From positions 3,283-67,282 of the forward strand of contig JAKAIE010000004.1 in assembly GCA_021814475.1 (NCBI GenBank): a DNA stretch of 64,000 nucleotides, written 5' to 3'. Of the stretch, positions 58,200 to 64,000 are shown one piece after another; position 1 is the first letter of the stretch, and every line of letters begins with the position of its first letter. Origin of the DNA: Nitrospirota bacterium (lineage in GTDB: Bacteria; Nitrospirota; Thermodesulfovibrionia; Thermodesulfovibrionales; UBA6898). The translations under genes were made by a program, and so were the position numbers. The notes beneath the pieces are model-generated. The model saw only the letters and a program-made list of their open reading frames with translations. It searched no databases and had not been told where the DNA came from.

Positions 58200-59600
58200 T
58201 CAGGACCGGTCGGTCATCCGTCCCGGGTCGAGCAGCTGGTCGAGTTCTTCTTCTGAAAGATCCGTCAGTTGCCGTGCAACATCCCTGATGGGTCTGCCTT
58301 CGGCATATGCCTTCTTGACGATTTCGGCAGCCCTGTCATACCCGATTACCGGATCGAGTGCCGTGGCCAGGATCGGGTTCCTGCCTGTGTGTTCCCGGAT
58401 GCGGTCGCGGTGCACAGTGAATCCTGAAACCGCCTTGTCCGCGAGCAGTCCGGCTGAGTTTCCGAGAAGCACTATCGACTCCAGGAGATTTCGCGCGATG
58501 AGCGGCAGCATGACGTTCAGCTCGAAATAACCGTAGAGGTTGCCGATCGTGATAGCCGTGTCGTTGCCGATGACCTGGCTGCAGGCCATCGAGACCGCCT
58601 CGCAGATAACAGGGTTGACCTTGCCGGGCATGATGCTAGATCCGGGCTGGACAGCGGGCAGAGATATCTCCGCGAAACCCGTGACGGGGCCGCTGTTCAT
58701 CAGCCTGAGGTCGTGCGTAATCTTCATCAGCCCGGTTGCGGAGGCCTTCAGAAGGCCGCTCAGTTCGACCGCCGTATCCATGGATGCCTGGGAGGCGAAG
58801 TGGTTTTCGGTCTCGGAAAAGGCGAGACCCGTCCGGCAGGCGAGTTTCGCGCAGACACGACCGCCGAAGCCGGGAGGCGCATTGAGCCCGGTCCCGACTG
58901 CGGTCCCGCCGATCGTCAGCCTCAGAAGGCGCGGCATGCAGGCGCTGATCCTTTCGATCGACTGCGAGACCTGATGCCTCCAGCCGCTGAGTTCCTGGCC
59001 CATGCGGATCGGGACGGCATCCATCAGGTGCGTCCTGCCCGTCTTGATCACGTCCCAGAGTTCAGCCTCACGCCTTCCGATCGTCTCGCTCAGGCGGAGG
59101 AGCGGGGGCAGGAGGAGTTCATTGATCAGGAGGCATGCGCTCAGGTGCAGGGCGGTCGGGATGACGTCATTCGAGGACTGGGACCTGTTGACGTGGTCGT
59201 TCGGATGGACCTTGCCCCCGATGCCCGATTCCTGGCCCGCTTCGCGCAACAGCTGCGTAGCGCGCGTTGCGATCACCTCGTTGGCGTTCATGTTCGTCGA
59301 GGTGCCGGAGCCTGTCTGGAAGACATCGAGCGGGAACTGGTCGTCCCACCTCCCCTCGGCCACCTCCTGTGAGGCCCTGATGATGGCGTCGGCGTAAGCC
59401 TTTTCCAGAAGCCCCATTTCGGCATGGACTTCTGCGCAGGCCTCCTTGATCATCCCGAGGCTCCGGATAAAGACGCGCGGGAACCGCACGCCGCTCACCG
59501 GGAAGTTCTCGATCGCGCGCTGCGTCTGGGCGGCATAGAGCGCATCGGCAGGCACCCTGACCTCTCCCATGGAATCTCGCTCAATGCGATAATCGGTCAT
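58200..59600 (-). CDS. fumC: Class II fumarate hydratase / aspartase-family lyase (FumC-like)
   Basis: DSMGEVRVPADALYAAQTQRAIENF and GSSIMPGKVNP signature. GAQTQR-type N-terminus favours FumC over AspA. Confidence 0.8.
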   Translation of the reverse strand: MTDYRIERDSMGEVRVPADALYAAQTQRAIENFPVSGVRFPRVFIRSLGMIKEACAEVHAEMGLLEKAYADAIIRASQEVAEGRWDDQFPLDVFQTGSGTSTNMNANEVIATRATQLLREAGQESGIGGKVHPNDHVNRSQSSNDVIPTALHLSACLLINELLLPPLLRLSETIGRREAELWDVIKTGRTHLMDAVPIRMGQELSGWRHQVSQSIERISACMPRLLRLTIGGTAVGTGLNAPPGFGGRVCAKLACRTGLAFSETENHFASQASMDTAVELSGLLKASATGLMKITHDLRLMNSGPVTGFAEISLPAVQPGSSIMPGKVNPVICEAVSMACSQVIGNDTAITIGNLYGYFELNVMLPLIARNLLESIVLLGNSAGLLADKAVSGFTVHRDRIREHTGRNPILATALDPVIGYDRAAEIVKKAYAEGRPIRDVARQLTDLSEEELDQLLDPGRMTDRS

Positions 59601-59612
59601 GCAGACATATCC

Positions 59613-60317
59613 TTACAGGTACTTCCTCAGCACGTCGAGGTTCAGATTCTTCGTGACCGCCTTTTCTATCGCCTCGTCGGTCACGTTCTTCATATAAGGG
59701 AATATCCCGATCACGGGTACGGGACAGATCCGTTCGAGGACCTGGGCATTGGTCTTCTCCGAAGGGGTATTTTCCGGCGGCATGCTGTAGTTGATGATTA
59801 CGCCCGCCACATCGAGCCCCTCCTTCAGGGCATATTTGACGGTCAGCATCGTATGGTTGATCGTCCCGAGTCCTGGCTTTGCGACCACGATCAGCGGCAG
59901 CCCGAGGTCGGACGCCAGGTCGATCACCGCGTAGTTCTTTTTGATCGGCACGAGCAGTCCGCCTATCCCCTCGACGACCATCGCATCGTATTTCGCGGAG
60001 AGCTTCGAGAAGGCGTTTCTTATGGCGGGGATGCTCACCTTTCGCATCTCGGTCTCCGAGGCGGGTAAAGGTGCCAGAGGGGCCTCGAAACAGCAGGGCG
60101 TAACCATCGTGATAAGATCGTCCATGTGGGACGCCTGCTTCAGCGACATGCCGTCGAACGGGATCAGCAGGTCACCCTCACGTCCGCAGCCGCTTTCGAT
60201 CGGTTTCATCGCCCCGCCCCTGAGGCCGAAACGCCTCATCGCCCTGATAATAGCCCCGGCGACTATCGTCTTGCCTACACCGGTATCCGTTCCTGTGACA
60301 AAAAAACCCTTTGGCAT
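59613..60317 (-). CDS. bioD: Dethiobiotin synthase
   Basis: FFVTGTDTGVGKT P-loop; 234 aa. Confidence 0.88.
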   Translation of the reverse strand: MPKGFFVTGTDTGVGKTIVAGAIIRAMRRFGLRGGAMKPIESGCGREGDLLIPFDGMSLKQASHMDDLITMVTPCCFEAPLAPLPASETEMRKVSIPAIRNAFSKLSAKYDAMVVEGIGGLLVPIKKNYAVIDLASDLGLPLIVVAKPGLGTINHTMLTVKYALKEGLDVAGVIINYSMPPENTPSEKTNAQVLERICPVPVIGIFPYMKNVTDEAIEKAVTKNLNLDVLRKYL

Positions 60318-60343
60318 GATACCTCGCTGTTTGGTCTATTATA

Positions 60344-61060
60344 TCAGATTATCCGGCTGTCGAGGCTGAAGACCTGTCCTGTGATACAGCTGGTAGTCAG
60401 GAGCCAGGCGATGAAACCGGCCGCCTCCTCAGCGGACGAGAGAGACCCGAGCAAACTCCTCTTTATTGCCTCCTGCCGTGCCGCTGCCGCTGCACCGCCC
60501 ATCCCGGTATCAAGATAACCCGGCATGACCGCATTCACCCTGATATCCGACTCTCCCAGTTCCACTGCCGTGCAGACGGTGAGTCCGAGCAGGGCGGCCT
60601 TCGAGGCGCTGTATGCCGCCTGTCCCGCCTTGCCCCGCATCCCGGAATGGGAGGCTATATTGACGATATGGCCTCCCCCGGAGCGTACCATGAGGGGAGC
60701 AACCTGCCTGATGACATGCAGGCAGCCCGAGAGGTTCGTCCGGACCACGGAGTCCCAGTCTTCTTCAGTCTGACGGACGAGAAGGGCATCTCTTGATATC
60801 CCGGCGTTGTTTATCACGGCGTCCAGCCGGCCGAAACGCCTTTCGATCTCCGCGGCCATCCCGGCGACCTGACCGGCATCACCGACATCGGCCCTTATCG
60901 CGCAGGAACCGTTTCCGGATAGACGTGCAACCTCTTCAGCCTCTGCAGACGAAGAGAGATAGTTCACGCCGATAGCATATCCCTGCCGCGCAAGCGTCAG
61001 TGCGATGGTCCTGCCGAGACCACGCGAGGCCCCGGTGATGAGCGCTACCTTCTTTAACAT
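60344..61060 (-). CDS. Short-chain dehydrogenase/reductase, FabG-like
   Basis: TGASRGLG, NNAG, and Y-x3-K (YSASKAA). Confidence 0.85.
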   Translation of the reverse strand: MLKKVALITGASRGLGRTIALTLARQGYAIGVNYLSSSAEAEEVARLSGNGSCAIRADVGDAGQVAGMAAEIERRFGRLDAVINNAGISRDALLVRQTEEDWDSVVRTNLSGCLHVIRQVAPLMVRSGGGHIVNIASHSGMRGKAGQAAYSASKAALLGLTVCTAVELGESDIRVNAVMPGYLDTGMGGAAAAARQEAIKRSLLGSLSSAEEAAGFIAWLLTTSCITGQVFSLDSRII

Positions 61061-61099
61061 ACGTTGGTATTTTATCAGATCAGGGTTTGGATGGAGGAA

Positions 61100-61141
61100 G
61101 AGGATAAGAAAAGGAGGCGGTACGGGGATTCCCGTACCGCC
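61100..61141 (-). terminator. Intrinsic terminator after the glutamate-synthase-like gene
   Basis: Minus strand: GGCGGTACGGG-aauc-CCCGTACCGCC (61141..61116) followed by TCCTTTTCTT. Confidence 0.7.
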
Positions 61142-61162
61142 TTCTCTTCACCGGATAAACTT

Positions 61163-63586
61163 CTAAACGTTTTCTGTCATCTCCCAGACGCCGCAGGGGC
61201 AGATGCCGGCGCAGAAGCCGCAGCCGATGCATTTGTCCTCATCGACTACGTATTCATACCCTCCGCCTTCGCGGTCGACCCTGGTGATTGCCCCCCAGTA
61301 GCAGGTCGCCTCGCACATGTGGCAGTCCCTGCAGGAGGCGCAGGACATGCACTTGTTCGCCTCGCGCTCAGGGGTGAAATCTCCGACGCAGACATCATAG
61401 TATTCCTTCTTGATCCTCTCGTAGGGGATCACCTGCCTGATCTCAGGCTTGCGCGGAGCGTGCGCCATCTGGTAATGGACGGTTTCGGCAACGATCCTGC
61501 CCTGGCCGATCGCATGGGTGACCAGGCCGAGTCCTGTGACATCCCCGATAGCGAAGACCTTCACGTCGGTTGTCTGAAAGATATCGTTGACCGTGATCCA
61601 CCCACGTTCCGTATTGACGGAGGTCGGGAGGAAATCGAGCACCGGCACGTCGCCGACGGAGATGATCAGCATATCCGCATCGAGCGAGGAGCCGTCCTTG
61701 AAGTATATTTTCCGTTCGTCTTTGCTGTATTTTTCGGTGATACGTGGCCAGAGGATCTGTGTGCCCTTGGCTGTTGCGGTCTCCACCTCCTTGCCGAAGG
61801 CAGCAGGCTTCTGGATATCGACCGCGATGACCGCTTCAGCGCCGAAGTTGTACGCCTCGGAGGCCACGTCCATACCGACGTTGCCGGCCCCGATCACGAC
61901 CACCTTCTTCCCCTTGAGATCGTGAATCTTTCCGCTGTTCGTCTCCTTCAGAAAATCGTACGCAGTGAGCGCATCCTCGGACCCCGGGAAAGGGATCTTC
62001 CTCGGCTTGTGCGCGCCGACCGCGAGGATGACTATCTCATGATCTTTGTAGATCGAAGCGAATTTCTCTTTTGTGATCGGCGAGTTCAGGTGCACGTCGA
62101 CGCCGAGTTCGGCAAACCGGGAAAGCTCTTTTTCGAGGATCTGATGGGGCAGACGCTCCCTCGGTATGCACTGCTCGATCTTGCCGCCGAGTTTTTCGGA
62201 GGACTCGTACAGATCGACCGAGTGTCCCTTCAGGGCCAGCTGCCATGCCGCGCTCAGTCCGCCCGGGCCGCCGCCTATGACCGCAACCTTATGGCCTGTC
62301 GCTGCCTCCTTCTTCGGTGCGGGCAGATCTAGCGCCAGACTCCCGAGTTTTGCGATATCGAGCGGCCTGTCGAGTTGTCCTCGGGTGCAGCTCTGCATGC
62401 AGGGGTTCGGACAGATCTGGCCGCAGACCGTGGCGGGCAGGGGGCTGTACCTCAGCACCAGTTCGAGCGAATCCTGCAGCAGTCCCTGTCTGATGAGGGA
62501 TGCCCTCTTGTGAGAAGGGATCTGCGAAGGACAGGCATATGCGCAGGGCGGGGCGTATTTGTCGTTTGCCCAGACCGGCTTGTTCCTCCGGTCCTTTCCT
62601 GTCGTGATATACGGCAGAAGGGTAAGGTCGTGGTCGAGGTATTCGGCGAATATGCCGCCTTCTCCCACTTCCTTGTACCAGTTCTTCTTCCTGAAGTCGG
62701 AGGTGGACATCCTGATCGCCCTGCGCTGCCGCTTTTCCTGGGGCGTGTAGGAGATCAGCTTCTTCCAGGCATCGCGGGAGGAGGCGAGTTCCTCATAGTG
62801 CGACGTCCGGTCGATCGCCTCGAGGTACGGCTTCATGTTCGTCGTCAGCCAGTCCCAGTCCTGGTCAGTCAGGTCGAGGAGCTTCACATCCTTGTCGCTG
62901 TATCCCTGGATCGGTCCGCGGAAGTATATCACGCCGCCGACCATACCGACGCACGGCCTGTATCCCAGAACGCTGTCGGGGTTCCTCGGCTCGACGCCGC
63001 AGACGACCGCGATGCCGCCCGCCTTGAACTCGGCAAAGGAATCTCCGACACTCCTGAAGTACCACGACTGGGGAGGCTCGAAGCGGGGGTTATGCTTGGT
63101 CATCGTGTCGCACCGCGCCCCGCCGCTGCCCTGCACATAGAGTATGCCCTGAGCCGCGGCATTGAAGGCGCCGTTCGTCACGTCGCCTAGTACGGTGATT
63201 TTTGCCCCGCAGTTGATCCAGCCGGCATCGTCAGAGACGCTGTTCTTCACCACGATCTCGGTGCCTTCCATGCCCATGCTGCCGACACGCTGACCGGCCG
63301 GCCCTTCAACCGTGATCAGGACTTTTTCCCCTCTCGGCCATATGCGGCCGCCTATGCCGTGCTGGCCGGCCGCTAAGATATGGATCTCGCGTGCGCCGTT
63401 CTGTACCGCCTCCTGTACCTGCTCTTCAAGAATGCGCGAGGAGACCCTTTCTCCCTTCACAGTGCCTTTCAGTGTCAGGCTCTTCCCGTCTGTTTCTGTT
63501 GCAGCGGCCTGGCGCTTCTGTTTCGCCTCCACCTTCTGCCCTTTTCCTTTAGTCACTTTCTTTATGGTAGTTTTCTTAGCAGGCAT
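61163..63586 (-). CDS. Fusion protein: GXGXG (GltB C-terminal-like) domain + GltD-like NAD(P)H/FAD oxidoreductase + 2x[4Fe-4S] ferredoxin
   Basis: 807 aa. The N-terminus has repeated G-x-G-x-G beta-helix strings (GQHGIGG, GSMGMEG, GSGGARC). The middle has CPxxC...VAVIGGGPGGLSAA and VVVIGAGNVGMD. The C-terminus has CxxCxxCxxC and CIGCGFCAGICP. Confidence 0.85.
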   Translation of the reverse strand: MPAKKTTIKKVTKGKGQKVEAKQKRQAAATETDGKSLTLKGTVKGERVSSRILEEQVQEAVQNGAREIHILAAGQHGIGGRIWPRGEKVLITVEGPAGQRVGSMGMEGTEIVVKNSVSDDAGWINCGAKITVLGDVTNGAFNAAAQGILYVQGSGGARCDTMTKHNPRFEPPQSWYFRSVGDSFAEFKAGGIAVVCGVEPRNPDSVLGYRPCVGMVGGVIYFRGPIQGYSDKDVKLLDLTDQDWDWLTTNMKPYLEAIDRTSHYEELASSRDAWKKLISYTPQEKRQRRAIRMSTSDFRKKNWYKEVGEGGIFAEYLDHDLTLLPYITTGKDRRNKPVWANDKYAPPCAYACPSQIPSHKRASLIRQGLLQDSLELVLRYSPLPATVCGQICPNPCMQSCTRGQLDRPLDIAKLGSLALDLPAPKKEAATGHKVAVIGGGPGGLSAAWQLALKGHSVDLYESSEKLGGKIEQCIPRERLPHQILEKELSRFAELGVDVHLNSPITKEKFASIYKDHEIVILAVGAHKPRKIPFPGSEDALTAYDFLKETNSGKIHDLKGKKVVVIGAGNVGMDVASEAYNFGAEAVIAVDIQKPAAFGKEVETATAKGTQILWPRITEKYSKDERKIYFKDGSSLDADMLIISVGDVPVLDFLPTSVNTERGWITVNDIFQTTDVKVFAIGDVTGLGLVTHAIGQGRIVAETVHYQMAHAPRKPEIRQVIPYERIKKEYYDVCVGDFTPEREANKCMSCASCRDCHMCEATCYWGAITRVDREGGGYEYVVDEDKCIGCGFCAGICPCGVWEMTENV

Positions 63587-64000
63587 AGCTTATTCCCAAC
63601 CTCTCTGCCATGGCTTTATCGTCGATGCTCAGGCCGTCCGACATGCCTATCGGCAGTTCGGTGGACCTACCCATCGGTGCGAAGATCTTCTTGAGTTCGA
63701 CGTCAGCCGCCTTGAAGACTTCGACCACGCGCTCGGCGACCCTGTCGGAGTCGAGCCTGCGATACAGTTTCGGGTCCTGCGTCGTGATGCCCCTCGGGCA
63801 CTGGCCCGTGTTGCATAGGTTGCACCGGTTGAACTCGTCGCCGAAGCAGTCCGAGGCGGTCTGCATGATATACTTTCCGATCGAGACGGCTGAGGCCCCG
63901 AGCATGATCAGCGCAGCCGCATTGGCCGCGAGATTGCCCTTTTTGCCTACGCCTCCCGCAGCGATCAGCGGCAGTTCGTTCTGTTTGCCCTGCTTGACGA
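63576..64000 (-). CDS. Glutamate synthase FMN/Fe-S (GltB domain 2-like) subunit; N-terminal part outside window
   Basis: The frame stays open to nt 64000 (..VKQGKQNELPLIAAGGVGKKGNLAANAAALIMLGASAVSIGK..), typical of the GltS FMN barrel end. CNTGQCPRGITTQD. The stop overlaps the next gene start by 11 nt. Confidence 0.85.
   Translation of the reverse strand, partial: VKQGKQNELPLIAAGGVGKKGNLAANAAALIMLGASAVSIGKYIMQTASDCFGDEFNRCNLCNTGQCPRGITTQDPKLYRRLDSDRVAERVVEVFKAADVELKKIFAPMGRSTELPIGMSDGLSIDDKAMAERLGISYAC

Noticed and set aside
61064-62332. 422-aa plus-strand ORF opposite the glutamate-synthase-like fusion.
   Set aside because: It is an antisense shadow that begins in the intergenic terminator region, with no motifs.

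Overview
Chromosomal window from a moderately GC-rich bacterium. Composition was not computed. Taxonomy is a guess: the cmk-ispH-rpsA-sppA-ihfB order, split class I fumarase, split glutamate synthase and frequent AGG/ATA/GGA codons suggest an anaerobic Thermodesulfobacteriota/Nitrospirota-like lineage. About 90% is tightly packed core metabolism. (1) rpmI-rplT-pheS-pheT. (2) A roughly 14.7-kb co-directional minus-strand string: pyrR-pyrB-pyrC-carA-(membrane orphan)-carB-receiver-cheC-like-hybrid histidine kinase-PAS fragment-ABC exporter-pfk. (3) Two convergent envelope-glycan clusters: GT2/GtrA/GT-C on plus, msbA-DUF3108-waaL-GT4-GT2 on minus. (4) CYTH, HU, tandem Usp, a CaCA exchanger and bioF. 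(5) A wHTH regulator divergent from a ferritin-like gene plus split fumarase. (6) metK followed by an SAH-riboswitch-controlled ahcY with deviant codon usage. (7) A roughly 10-kb plus-strand supraoperon pheA-hisC-aroF-tyrA-aroA-cmk-ispH-rpsA-sppA-ihfB. (8) fumC, bioD, an SDR and glutamate-synthase-like modules running off the right edge. The left 5.8 kb is different. It lies directly downstream of the 3' end of an initiator tRNA-fMet gene and holds accessory genes: an Hsp70-family ATPase with TPR repeats in place of the lid, overlapped by a GrpE-like gene; a decayed higB with an intact higA; a helical orphan; and a Gp49/HigB-like toxin with an XRE antitoxin and operator repeats. The Hsp70-TPR/GrpE-like pair is my best candidate for an undescribed system. 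Other points worth a look: phased repeats and a perfect hairpin at the tRNA/islet junction, a self-contained 27-codon lysine-rich micro-gene, a CheY/CheC/kinase module appended to carB, an in-frame PAS remnant marking a rearrangement junction, and the riboswitch-ahcY cassette. No rRNA, CRISPR array, transposase or integrase was seen. All family calls are by eye from motifs; no HMM or database search was run.
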